This document shows positions 11,412-24,300 of a DNA stretch of 64,000 bases, one piece after another; positions within the stretch are counted from its first letter, which is position 1, and every line of letters begins with the position of its first letter. The stretch is from positions 95,294,001 to 95,358,000 of the forward strand of contig OZ024743.1 in assembly GCA_964016885.1 (NCBI GenBank), read 5' to 3'. The notes beneath the pieces were generated by a model that had not been told where the DNA came from, made no database searches, and saw only the letters and a list, made by a program, of their open reading frames with translations. This DNA comes from Eledone cirrhosa (Eukaryota). A program made the translations under genes and the position numbers.

Positions 11412-13002
11412 GGGACAAGTGATAAAGTGGCATAAAGGTAGAATCGATCCCAGAACTGGACAAGTACATTTTTGTTATTGATGATGAAAGCAAATGACGA
11501 AAGTAAAGTTGACTGCGGAGGAATTTGAACTGAAAGAGCGCGGCGAGCCTGATTGAATACCGCAAGCATTCTATTCAACGTTCTAATATATAAGAATATA
11601 CGAATATGTAATGGGATATTTTTCTTACAACAAAATCATATGCATTAAAGTGTTATGCTCTATCTTACTAATTCTTCCCTTTACTTTCACTCCCATTTCC
11701 CTGTTTTTCTCTGTCGTTTCCCCTCATTGTGCATACATTAATATACAGGAGTACATAATTGTATTTTCCATTTCAATGAAATGAAAGCCCTCCACCCTTG
11801 CCAACCACAGATTTATCATTCATATATATTGAATGGCTGAATTTCTGTATATAGAGGAAAAGCTATAAATTTGGATAAGAATATAGACTAAAATGTTACA
11901 GCATAACATTTGCACAGATAACCATAAATATAATATTCGTGTTTTATATAAGTCTAGAAGAAAGATGGCATCAATATCCAGAAAAAATTGATTTGTATAT
12001 TTTCTATTTCATATAAGCGATACTGAGATAAATCTATGTATTTTTATGTATAGTGTTTTATAACCCTGAACATGATATTTACATACTCTCCATATTATTA
12101 GCAACGTATTTCATGTTGACAATAAAACTGCTACGAAACCTCTGAGTTGGATAGTAATAAGAGCAATACAAATTAATTTAATATGTGACCACACATAACA
12201 AGTGAGGAATACATTAGTTCAGTATTTCTAATGTTCATTAGATAAAGCTTGATGGAGGCATCGTTTTATGAAGCTAGATTAAAATGGTTTCAATAAAAAA
12301 CCTATGTCAGATGGATAAGCAATAGAGTCAATTGTTTTGAACGTGAAAATATAATTCATATAGAAATTAATATCTGAAATTCCATTTAAAACTATTTAGT
12401 AGGCATTTAGCATGTGATATTTTGAAATAAACACTCAAAACTACTTGCCTTTTGATAAAAACATCACTTTAATATAAAAAAGGAATATATTAAAACTCTG
12501 TCGAAGACTATAAGAGTCTAAAGATTAAAAAACTGTTTTAAATTAAACTATATAAACGTAGTATTCACATTAACACATTCCCAATATCTTTGCTATCGTA
12601 TTTACACCAATACTGATATATTTCTACTAACACAGCATTCCAGCTACTGTTAAGTGTTTTGTTATAGATCAAGTATTTTTTTAAAAATAAAAAATGTTAG
12701 TAAATATAATCAACTAGACTGGTCCTCTTGCTGTTATCAGTTTTGAATGCTAGAAATTAGTGAAAGACCGAATAGCTTTGCCCATGACCTGAGAAATCTG
12801 CACAATACTGAGGTTGATGTTCAATGTGAAGATTGTTGTCGATAGGCCATGTCTCCTAATATTTAAAAGACGTTGCTAAATGTATCATCCCAGTCAAATC
12901 AATCGCTCTTTTTATGTCATCTAGGATATTTTTGTCAGCAACTCCAGTAGTACACTATAGGGATTTTAGCTGAGCTTAGCAGATGGCCTGTCAAATAAAT
13001 CT

Positions 13003-14075
13003 GATACAGTTGTCAGTAGTACTTTAAGTAATACAGTTGTCAGCAGTGCTCTAATTAATACAGTTGTCAGTAATACTTTAAGTAATACAGTTGTCAGCAG
13101 TACTCTAATTAATACAGTTGTCAGTAGTACTTTAAGTAATACAGTTGTCAGCAGTACTCTAAGTAATACAGTTGTCAGCATCTACTCTAAGTAATACAGT
13201 TGTCAGCAGTACTCTATGTAATACAGTTGTCAGCAGTACTCTATGAGATACAGTTGTCAGCAGTACTCTATGAGATACAGTTGTCAGCAGTACTCTAAGT
13301 AATACGGTTGTCAGTAGTACTGTAAGTAATACAGTTGTCAGCAGTACTCTAAGTAATACAGTTGTCAGCAGTACTCTATGAGATACAGTTGTCAGCAGTA
13401 CTCTATGAGATACAGTTGTCAGCAGTACTCTAAGTAATACGGTTGTCAGTAGTACTGTAAGTAATACAGTTGTCAGCAGTACTCTAAGTAATACAGTTGT
13501 CAGCAGTACTCTATGAGATACAGTTGTCAGCAGTACTCTATGAGATACAGTTGTCAGCAGTACTCTAAGTAATACAATTGTCAGCAGTACTCTAAGTAAT
13601 ACAGTTGTCAGCATCTACTCTAAGTAATACAATTGTCAGCAGTACTCTAAGTAATACAGTTGTCAGCATCTACTCTAAGTAATACAGTTGTCATCAGTAC
13701 TCTATGAGATACAGTTGTCAGCAGTACTCTAAGTAATACAGTTGTCAGCAGTACTCTAAGTAATACAGTTGTCAGCATCTACTCTAAGTAATACAGTTGT
13801 CAGCAGTACTGTAAGTAATACAGTTGTCAGCAGTACTCTAAGTAATACAGTTGTCAGCAGTGCTCTATGAGATACAGTTGTCAGCAGTACTCTAAGTAAT
13901 ACAGTTGTGATCAATACTCCATATTATATTATTGTGATACAGATGAGATAGTCTTGAGCAGTACTCTATATTATGCAGTCGTGAGCAATACTGTAAGTAA
14001 TACAGTTGTCAGCAGTACTCTTTATTATATTATTATGAGAAGTACTCTACGTTATACAATTATGATACAGTTGTG
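13003..14075. repeat. 27-bp minisatellite, about 34 good copies, decaying at the right end
   Basis: Unit GTAATACAGTTGTCAGCAGTACTCTAA. Confidence 0.97.
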
Positions 14076-14469
14076 GACATCTTCCCTATCAGTATGTATT
14101 TTTACTATGTTTTTGTAATGGGTTTCTTAAATACTGTTGAAAGAGTTTGTCAATGTCTCAGATGAAATAATACAGCGTGAGATGTTCAGGCTGTCTGCAG
14201 AGTATGCCTATTGTAAAGGGTTGTATGTATGTAACAACCCATACATTCTGATGGAGTCGTAGGATTACCGTGTCCTGGGAATTTTAAACCTGGCGGTTTA
14301 CCAACACTGCTACTATCTCTATTTTCAATATGTGCTCTATTTATTAGCTTCCTTTCAAATAGAAAAGTTTTTGTTTTGTTCGTCTTTCGAACTTTTCTAG
14401 CTTTCACTTATTCTTTCCTACATATTGTTTTAGTCATAGTCATGCTATGAATATTCGATAACAATTTTC

Positions 14470-15015
14470 TAGTGTCGTGAGGCTCCTATCTCCTTGAATT
14501 CCTGGTAAGTATCATCTATCTCTGTCAGACTTGAGCTGGAATAATATAAATGTAGTCATATTTTTCTTTTTGTTCTTCTCTATAGTCTTGCTAATTCATT
14601 TAATGTCCAATTGAGAATACTATAACTATAACAAATGACCGTGGAAGTTAAATTATTTAATGATTTTACATTATTTTTTTGTATTTAGAACTTTTCTATT
14701 TGATATATTTATCTAATGCGTTTATAGTATTTTTTCTTAATTTTTTCTTTCTATTTTTTCGTTATAATCTGTCTAGTTTGTCGATTCCGAAATATTTGTA
14801 TCCATGGTTTTGGCCTAATTTTCTCATCTCAATCTCTTTATCTAAAATGATATTTGTGTTCTTAATAAATTTTCCTCTCTTCAATGTCGGGGTCTATTTT
14901 CCAATAAGCGTTTCTCTGGCAAATTCGTGTACTGTCTGCAGTAGTGTTTCTAATTGTTTTCATCTGCAGCATACAGCGGGATGTCCTCCATATAAAAATA
15001 TTGTCTTACCATAGC
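14470..15015 (-). pseudogene. Degenerate R4/Dong-like non-LTR RT fragment
   Basis: Minus-strand pieces QLETLLQTVHEF, LKRGK, GYKYFG resemble R4-clade RT motifs 5-7; many stops and frameshifts. Confidence 0.5.
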
Positions 15016-15039
15016 ATTTTTATCAGCACCCAAACCTGT

Positions 15040-15266
15040 TTAACCCTTCAGCATTTAAACCGGCCGTATCCGGCCAGAATTTTCTCAGCTCTTTCTATTG
15101 AAACCGGTTGTAAATAGTCACTCATACCGACATTAAGGTATTGTTCTCAAAATAAATAATATCAAAATCTCGTAGATACAACATTATGTGAGTTAATTAT
15201 GAAGATAAAGCCTTTACCACAAAATACAATAGTATATATAGAGTAATGTTAATGCTAAAGGGTTAA
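15040..15266. mobile_element. piggyBac-type MITE
   Basis: TTAA-CCCTTCAGCATT ... AATGCTAAAGGG-TTAA: TIRs starting CCC and a TTAA TSD. Confidence 0.85.
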
Positions 15267-16495
15267 CAGGGCTAAAAGTGGCAGCATCATACAAAAGCAG
15301 TTGAGACAAGGTATTACACTTCTAATTTTGATTGGTTTAGTTTTTGATAATTCCCGTTTATGTCTCTTTCTGCAAAATTGTTTTTACCAGAGCTGTATAT
15401 ATTTGCTTATGTTATCACCACTTTAATTATTATTGAGTATAGTTGTTATTGTGAGGTACGTGTGGTCTTATCGTAGGTAAGTGTTATGTATGATGAACAG
15501 CTGGAATAAATGGAATCCAACCAACCTATTTACCCCAACTCCACCGTATTGAGTACTTTCCCAACTAAAGTAAACACATGCGTGTGAATATGATTTATTG
15601 TATTTTCATGTGTGTATCTTTGTCTGCTTGCGTTATTTGGGTTGTATGCTATAATTGTACCTTAGAATACATCTAGATTTTTAGTAGAACATGGCGCGAG
15701 TAATTGATCTAAGTTAAATACTCCGGACAACTGTCTTTTATACAATCCACTTGACTTTTCAATAAGTAAATCGACTGAAATAACTTCAACAACGCGTAAT
15801 TTATTCACAGGTTTTCTCGAATTTTATTGAGATTCTTAACTTTGTCTTCAAGAACAGTTACAAAAATGTTCTCGGTTCCTAAAGGGGTCCCAAAATGAAT
15901 CAATATGGGTCAATGGATTCTTTTTTTCTGTCCAAGAAGAACCTAGCAGTTTACGATGATCCGGTGTATAATATAATTATTTCTGCTTTAGGCACAAGGC
16001 CAGCAAATATCCCAGTGTATTACTGGTCACCTCCACAACATTCTCATTGCAAACGATTCCCTCGTCTCTCGTCTCGTTTCGCAAATAAACGGCTACCCCT
16101 TAAACGTGTTCTGAGTGTGTCACCAGCGAAAGTTTAATCCAAATTAGACCGCAAACAACTATCCAGCTGAATACTTCCCACACACATTGAGTGAAGGTCT
16201 CACCAAAGTTTCTCTAAGCCCTGTACCACCCAGATTTACACACTGTCTTGAGACACACACATAGCCACATCATCACATTACAAATTTAATTCATCTGTCT
16301 CCCCTCGCGCTTGCACTTCTGCCACACCTGCCATGTTTTAGCAATGACGTTTAAAGATAGATACAACATTATTAACCAAATACAATCTTAGCAACAATAT
16401 AGAAAATTTTCTTTTTAATATTTTTCCAACTTTTTTATACTAGATATTTTCTTTTCTCTCTCTACTATCTAGTGAAGGGCGTAGACCGAAACATT

Positions 16496-16795
16496 TCTTT
16501 ATTAGCCACAAGGGCACAAAAGAAGGGGACAAATACAAATGGGGAGTTTACATACAGGTATATGAAAATAAAACTATTAATAAAATAACAAATAACAATT
16601 GAAATCCCCAATCGGAGGGAGGCGTTACACAGGGGTTGTACACACCCCGAACAAATGTACAACCCTCATCTCCAGGAGCACCGAGAGTGAGTACTGCCTT
16701 CCTCTCTTCCTCTTTTTCCTCAACCTACAGGCTTATAGAGAGAAGGCCCAACCCCTCGGACCATCTTTGCCCCATTCACCCACCTTTTATAAAAT
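16496..16795 (-). mobile_element. 3' end of a Tx1/L1-like LINE
   Basis: Homologous to 31585-31920 (ORF2 end, 3' UTR, AATAAA-GAAA terminus). Confidence 0.85.
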
Positions 16796-16821
16796 TAGAT
16801 AGATAGATAGATACATAGATA

Positions 16822-17498
16822 CAAGGGCGCACAAGAAAAGGGGACAAAACAAAGACAAGCCAGGGATTTTACATACAATCGTGTAAAAATATAAAACAAA
16901 CAATTATAACAATCGAAATACCCAATAGGGGAGAGGCGCCACAAATGGGTTGTTTAATACCCCGTCGATAGAACAACCCTCAACTTCAGGAGCGTGTTGT
17001 GCAAGTGCTCATTTCTTCCTTTTGCTCTCTTCTTCAACCTACAGGTTTATATACAGAGAAGGCCCAATCACTCGGGCCATTTTTGCCACATTCACCCACC
17101 TTTCAGTAAATTTACTGGGGTGTAGTGACTCTCTATCCACTCTGATTCTCCTTCTAAAGTGGTATCTAAAGAAGGGAATGAGTTGTTGTCCGGAGAGAAA
17201 GGCATCTGTCCTTCGTCCTCTCAATCTCGTCCACCATATAACCTCTTTTACCATAGCCTCTATACAGAGGAAAACCGCCTCTCTTTCGTTTTTGAAAGAA
17301 GTTGGCGGTTTGATCCTTACTATGGACTCGGCAGTCAACTGGATTTGTCCCATACGCGACAGCAGTTGTTTCGCGTAGTTCCACAGGTAGGTTACGCCCG
17401 AGCAGTGTACAATTGCGTGCAGGACGGTTTCAATGTCTTGCTCTTGGAAGGATCCCTGCTGGGGCGTCCGTGCCTGTAGATCTTGTCACGGTATGGAT
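16822..17498 (-). mobile_element. 5'-truncated Tx1/L1-like LINE (ORF2 C-terminus plus 3' UTR)
   Basis: ORF 17039-17353 (LTAESIVRIKPP...ERWVNVAKMARV) closely matches 30843-31655. Confidence 0.9.
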
Positions 17499-17583
17499 GA
17501 AACATTGTCAGCAAATAAAAACTGTTTGAGTACGTAAGCGTTCTTTGATTTCTTTTACATATATATATATAAATATATATATA

Positions 17584-17639
<56 letters not shown>

Positions 17640-17699
17640 GATATTAAATAAATGGAAACTATCAGATAAAATACGAAGTGTGTTTTATAAATTTTGACA

Positions 17700-17800
17700 T
17701 ATTTAACTTTGCCTTTCATCCTTACGGGGTCGATAAAATAAAGTACTAGTAATACACTGGGATAATTGTTGGCCTTGTGCCAAAAGTAGAAACAATTATA
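17700..17800 (+). mobile_element. SINE family B (Meta-domain-like), 3' half
   Basis: TTTGCCTTTCATCCTTACGGGGTCGATAAAATAAAGTAC core and GGCCTTGTGCCAAAAGTAGAAAC tail. Confidence 0.85.
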
Positions 17801-17990
17801 AATTATACTCCAGAAACTGTTGAGTGTTCTGAATCTGTTATAAACATTTATATTTGTTGAATTACAAACAAATTGAATATGCCTTCTGCTTATATATATG
17901 TATGTAAAAGGTAAACAGAAATAACAACACAATCGGTACAGTATATGGAAGGGATATATTACGTTAACGCTTGATATAGCAGGAAGGGGG

Positions 17991-18026
17991 TCTTAAAATT
18001 TCGGGCGCTAGTCCTTCATCAGAAGA
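17991..18026 (-). ncRNA. Degenerate minimal hammerhead in a TA-flanked pLTR remnant
   Basis: Minus strand TCTT-CTGATGA-A-GGAC(TAGC)GCCC-GAAA-TT-TT^AAGA; stem I intact, stem III decayed. Confidence 0.6.
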
Positions 18027-18844
18027 AAGAATGAGAAAACCGGGCGGGTTGGAATTGGAAAAAAACACATATATTTAGAATATGGTGTTAACTAACCAGG
18101 GATGTGCGGACCGCATAATGGTCGCTCGGCTGTTAAGCAAATATAAAGAAGCGCTCAACGACCTGTATAAATGGTGCAATCTCGAGCATTATATATAATT
18201 AGAAGATGGAGGCCATAATAACTGGTTCCGGTTTATTTAAAACTCTGTTATGCATATGTAGTGACCTACATTCCGCGGGCTCATATACATTCTCCCTGCG
18301 TTATTTGGCTCAGCCCAGCCAATGACCGCCAGCGGAGAAGAATGTATCTCTACGCGCCCCGAGGGAAAAATTCCCACGTCAGCTCAAAAAATCCCTCTCT
18401 TGCAGCCTGACTGTGGAAAGGTAAACAACTATTTTTCTTTCGCCGTGAAATCACTGGCCAATATGTAACACAACAATTTAACCACGGCCTGGCAACGCTT
18501 CAGCCAGTAGACCGTGCCTTCTGAATTCTTAATTCGTTTGTTTCATTTGTCTTGGCATGCCAGCTCTACACAGCTCAACCTTTGTTAATAATTAACATAA
18601 GACCAAGCTAAAGTCGTTGTCGATATTTCTATCCTATCTTTCTACCAAACTGGTTACTCATGGCGTTATAACTATTACATCACTACTTCTATAACTCTGT
18701 TAATCTGGTAATTATAATAGGACCACTACATCTATATAATACTGCTAAGACGGAGGAGGATATAAGTATGAAATGCACCTTTTAAAAATATATATATACA
18801 TCAACCATACTTTCTGTTAAACATATTTCACCGAGTACTATCAT

Positions 18845-18949
18845 TTATGATAGCCTGAGCTCTTCATTCGATTTATGATAAGGTTTATGTGTGTCCGTTG
18901 GTAGGTTCAGGTTGACATCAAGAAAGTCTGAGCTGGTTAAATTCGTGTT
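18845..18949 (-). pseudogene. PLE RT fragment
   Basis: NTNLTSSDFLDVNLNLPTDTHKPYHKSNEEL aligns by eye to ANFLDVSLNLDTGLYYPYHKNNENL of the 5849-7753 ORF. Confidence 0.75.
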
Positions 18950-18971
18950 TAGGAGTTTTAGCATTATATTG

Positions 18972-19216
18972 TATGTGTGACAGCTGACACCTATGTAGGT
19001 TTAGCTGGCCTCCTCCAAGGTATATTTCGTTGGAGGTGTCTTGGGTGATTTTAATGATAGGGACCCCAGTCCTATCATCTCATTTCTACAGCTGAATAAA
19101 CTGGAGCAACGTGAAATAAAGTGTCTTGCTCAAGGAAACAACACATCACCCGGTCCGAGAATTGAACTCACAACCTTTCGTTTGCAAGCCCAATGCTCTA
19201 ACCACTAAGCCTTCAA
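18972..19216 (-). mobile_element. tRNA-derived SINE family A with 15-bp TSD
   Basis: TSD TTTAGCATTATATTG at 18957-18971 and 19217-19231. Confidence 0.92.
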
Positions 19217-19617
19217 TTTAGCATTATATTGCACCCTAACCAACACACATACAATCAACAAGTCACTTAAGTGACAAGCATTTGCACAGAGATTAACTTA
19301 TAAACTAAGGCTGAGAAATCCAAGACTCCAGGATTACTTCCCTTGTTTCCGAAAGGCGGCTCTCCACTGTTGAAAACCGAATATAGTCGGCTAAAGGTCT
19401 TTTTCGTAATTATGTCCGAGCACCCGATTCGAGGCCACTATACAGCGGTGGATATAAATAGATCCCAAAACCTATGTCGCGCAAACATTTTAAATTTCTG
19501 AATCTTTATTTATGCTAAATAAGATCTCTTGCTTATTTATATTTATATTTATATTTATATTTATATTTAGAGAGAGAGGGAGAGAGAGAGAGAATAGAGA
19601 GAGAGGGGGGATAGAGG

Positions 19618-19667
<50 letters not shown>

Positions 19668-20537
19668 GTTAACACCATTTGTGGATATATCTCTGCCTGT
19701 GTCAGGTTGGCTCAGAAACTACAAAACTAAAACCTTCTCACACGGATGGTTGCTATATGTTATCAATGTAGGAGCACTCCATGTCAATGGCATTCTTAAA
19801 TATTTGTAAACAGGCGATGTTCTCGTATATTTTACAATCCATTGCACCTGGCATCTATTCCCAACATTTTTTAATATTTCAAAATCCCGCCGCTTGCTGT
19901 GTTTATAAATCTATCAAATATCTAGGTACATAAAAGTGCATATATATATATTTACATATATTTACATATGCATCTATATACGCATACATGTATATGTATA
20001 CACATACGCAGATAAATGACGGTTTATTATAGTTTCTTACACGCATAGAAATATACATTCTCTCTTTTTCTCTCACAATGTATGTTACTGTCTCTCTCTC
20101 TCTCTCCCTCTCTTTCTCTCTCTCATTCCCTGTCTATCTCTTTCTCTCACCTACACAGCTACTACACAGTCACTCACATGACCTCACGTGAATTGTTACA
20201 AGGAGGCATATACTGCTATTCATTGCAACGCCAAAGATATTTTCATGCACACGACTCATGTGCTCTCTCTCTCTCTCTCTCTCTCTCACGTGATAGTTGC
20301 GTGGTAGCTATAGTCTGACGCCTGGTTCAAGACCATTACCTGGATCTTGGATACCATTAGCAAAGTCTACTTTGATGCAAGGTCTTCCATCTCAGAATAT
20401 CTCCCCATATCTATTCGTTTCGAAGGCTCCAAAGAGTTATTGGCACGCCATCTACAAGAATTATTCCCACAAACACATTTTCTCTACAGCTCACTCAGAC
20501 AATCATAACCCCCCCCCCCCCCCATATATATATATAT

Positions 20538-20715
20538 GTAGGAAAAAGAAGTTGAAAATGCAACTGAATTATTTAAGAAGATTTATTAATAATTCTTTTA
20601 CAGCTCTCACAATAGGTTGATTTTCAAAAGTCAAGTGAAATGGAGAGATGCGTGGCTATTGCATTTTCAGCCTCTTTTTCCTTTACTTTTAAACGTGTGG
20701 GATATAATAAACTAT
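20538..20715. mobile_element. Degenerate fold-back pLTR remnant
   Basis: AGGAAAAAGAAGTTGAAAATGCAA (about 20540-20563) pairs with about 20659-20682; one-sided tail; TA on the left. Confidence 0.5.
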
Positions 20716-20813
20716 TAAACCCAAGTTTCCTTTCTCTCTTTTTCTCTCACTTTCTCTCACTCTCACACACACACTGTCTCTCTCTCGCTCTGTCTTTATA
20801 TCGATATATATAT

Positions 20814-20905
20814 ATAGAAGTAGTAACACAACTTGTATTACTACTTCTACCCAACTCGTCCCATGGACTGAGTGCTCTACCACTACGGATATTACCTTCC
20901 AGTGT
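20814..20905. mobile_element. Mini fold-back with tail in TA/CT repeats
   Basis: TAGAAGTAGTAACACAA / TTGTATTACTACTTCTA hairpin followed by a GAGTGC-containing tail. Confidence 0.5.
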
Positions 20906-20918
20906 TCTCTCTCTCTCC

Positions 20919-20962
<44 letters not shown>

Positions 20963-21007
20963 TAAAGAAAACGAAAAATCAGTGATGCATCTGGCCTTAA
21001 TTTATTG

Positions 21008-21043
21008 CGTGTTACAATTGTTTCGCCGGTTCTTTCAGACACG
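21008..21043 (-). ncRNA. Minimal hammerhead motif with vestigial stem II
   Basis: Minus strand CGTGT-CTGAAAGA-ACCGGC-GAAA-CAATTG-TA^ACACG then AATAAA; perfect 5-bp stem I, palindromic stem III; in a 115-bp island between TA tracts. Confidence 0.68.
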
Positions 21044-21074
21044 GGTATTTCGTTCGGAGCAAATTTTATCACTC

Positions 21075-21118
<44 letters not shown>

Positions 21119-21119
21119 G

Positions 21120-21221
<102 letters not shown>

Positions 21222-22057
21222 AAAATTAAAGGAAGATTTGTGCTGAATACTTCTAGCTCAGTGTACATCCACACTCAACAAAAGTAGACAGATCTTCATA
21301 TGAGAGGCATAATACATAAAATTGATAAGACTCGTGTAAGAAAATGTGTACAATTGTTAAGGTAGAGTGAGAGTTCACAAACATACCCACACAGATACAC
21401 AAAAACGGGGCATCAACAATTACTGATGACTTACAACAGTAATTTAGTAGCGTTAATGCAATGAGGATCAACAAGTTTCCACAAGGAAGGTGACAACGGA
21501 AAGTCAATACCCAAGACTCTGCAAAGTGTAAATATGTTATAACTTACTGGTTTTATGAATTGTTCTAACTTGACAAAAGACATGACTGATAGTATCCTGA
21601 AAAACAACATGGAGTGGGCACATGAAAGAAAGAGCCAAAAATCTGAAGGACATAATAAATCGTGAGTTTCATCGGGTTGTAGTTGGATGTTCTATGTGAT
21701 TGGTATTGGACTTAGAATGGAAGTAAAAACTAATTCATCATTGATATGGCAGATAAATCTGAAGACCAAACCTAACAGTAAAGCACAAGTCCTCTATAAA
21801 TAGTAAAAGGTATTAGGTGCTGCATGGCTGGAGGTGTTATAATTCCTCCGTTAGAAAGATGCATTCTACAGTATAGACTAAAAGCCCCAGACATTCCCTG
21901 ATTATCTGAATGTTGACCATCACCATTAGAGGAAGCAATACTGTTGAAGGCTGAGGGAGTTGTCCTGACCTCCAGTAGATCAATAGCTGACGACGGTAGT
22001 GTTCCTTATTTCAAGCTATATGTAAATGCGAGCGTCCCAATGCAGAAATTGCCATAA

Positions 22058-22195
22058 TAATTATTTCTACTTTTGGTAGAAGGCCAGCAATTATCCCAGT
22101 ACATTACTGGTACTTTATTTTATCGATCCCGTAAGGATGAAAGGTAAAGTTAACCTCGGCGGTATTTGAACTCAGACCATAAAGGGCCGTAACTT
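22058..22195 (-). mobile_element. SINE family B
   Basis: Reverse complement of the family B core and tail. Confidence 0.85.
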
Positions 22196-22371
22196 GGAAG
22201 ACGGACGACGGATTGGCGGCGTGTAACACACACACACACACACACACGACTCCAAGTAGAAGAAGGTGAACGCGGCGGAGCGACTGAACTAGTAAAAAAT
22301 AATTGATCACTATAAATAATAGTTAACAAAATTATTTTTCTCCACTATTATTTACAGTAATCGACTATTAT

Positions 22372-22452
22372 TATGAAACAAGAATACACCTCTTGGCAAT
22401 ACTCCCACGATTTCTCAAAGACCTGCCACAGTGTGAATATTTGGTCGACTGC
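22372..22452 (-). pseudogene. RTE-clade RT fragment
   Basis: Minus strand VDQIFTLWQVFEKSWEYCQEVYSCF. Confidence 0.7.
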
Positions 22453-23990
22453 GCTTGGAGTCAATAATATCCCTACATCACTTTTCTAGAAACCTAGCAT
22501 AGACTATTTGGGTGTAGGATCAATCGGCTGGAATTTGCGAACCATACGGTATCACTTAGCTCGTCAAAAGGTGATCTCCGACATGCACCTTATAGGTTTG
22601 CTGCCGGGTGATACACGGAAGGAATCAGTGCTGCAAAGACTGAGACACTCGTCCTCACAACCTAACTGTTGATATCATCACAAACACATTCAGAAATTCT
22701 CGTGTTTCTCCATGTTACATGTGAAACATTTACAAGAGGAAAATTACACAATAAAATACGTTCACTATAAAAAAAACATTAACTGTTATTAGGTGGTAAT
22801 TGACCAGAATTAGTCATTATCATATTGATTGTCCTCATCATTAAAGGTGTAGTTTAATTTAATTAAACTTGTTTGGATTACTACATCAACTATGCTAGCA
22901 ACTACTTTACTATTGAATTTTTTGTATAGATTGTTTAAACGATTTCACAGTTATTAACTGTTCACGTGGGGGATGTCTATATCTACTTAGACAGAAAAAT
23001 AATCGATGGTAGTGGAATAGTTTGCTTGTGACGCAGTCCTCTCTCTCTCTCTCTTCTACCCAACTTTCTTTTTCTGCCTTTCTCAGTCACTCTTTCGACT
23101 CCTATGACACACTACTCTCCTCCACTTCTCTCTCTCTCTCTCACTTACTCTCTACCTCTCTCAGTACCTCTCTCTCACTCACTCTCTCTGTCTCTATGTC
23201 GTACATGTCTTCTGGTTTTGTCTCAGTCCTTCTTTTCCTTCACTTCCATTCAACACAGTTAAATTGTTGTGTGACCTAGAAACTGTACTTTCCTACATTG
23301 TTGTGTGACCTACAAACTCTGTACTTTCCTACATGCCTCGGCCGGTTTATAGCAGTAAATTTACTAAATAATTCCATGTCCCTTTCTTTGATGTCCGTAG
23401 ATTCTGTCACTTCCAGTGCTCACATTTCAGCTGCTCATAGTAGGTATACCATAGAAGCAAACGAGACAGCGTTCATGTAGTTGCTCATCCTGTCAGAATT
23501 AGCAGCCAAATCTCTTTCTAATCCCATTCTACAATCTTTAAAAAGGAAAATATCTAACTTAAATAAAAATAGAGTGGTCATGACTAGAATATAACCAAAA
23601 AAAAATTATATATATATTAATAAAAGTACACATTACAAGAAACTTAACATTGAGGACAGCCTTTCAGAATCAATAAAGAAAATACAAAAGAGAAAATAAC
23701 AAAATCAATGAAGATTGATCAACAAAAACACCTGCTGAGGCTACATACAATCAAACAACTCGGCAGAAGTATAACAAGGACCTGCAGCAAATACCGCGAC
23801 AAGAAAAACTCGAATGCAAAGAGAATAAATGATCAGTTGTCGTGATACTACTGAGGGAAACAAGACATGATCCTAATAGATTTAGACAATCCTCATCCAA
23901 ACCTAACAAAATAAAGGGCAGAAAATATAAAATATACTGCTTAAAATTGGAAAATAAATAGGAAAGACCTGTATTTAATTAGCGTTATGA

Positions 23991-24190
23991 AGGCGGTGGA
24001 TTGGCGGTGGATTGGCAGTATCGGTAGAGGGTCGGACGCCATGCATTACAGCAAAGAGTTACTTCCCTTTACGGGCTGAGTTCAAATCCCGCCGAGGTTA
24101 ACTTTGCCTTTCATCCTTACGGGGTCGATAAAATAAAGTACCAGTAATACACTGAGATAATTGCTGGCCTTGTGCCAAAAAGTAGAAAAA
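23991..24190 (+). mobile_element. SINE family B, full length
   Basis: A box TGGCAGTATCGG, B box GTTCAAATCC, core and tail. Confidence 0.88.
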
Positions 24191-24300
24191 GTTATGAATT
24201 AATCTATTGTAAATAAGGGAGAAAGACTCCAAATATTCAGAAAATATATCGATAAGAAACAAATATGCCTTGAAAGTAAAAGAACGGATTAAATAAATCA

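Noticed and set aside
23560-23960. R4-like endonuclease remnant (similarly 54600-55380)
   Set aside because: Only scattered residues resemble the motifs; cannot be supported without a profile search
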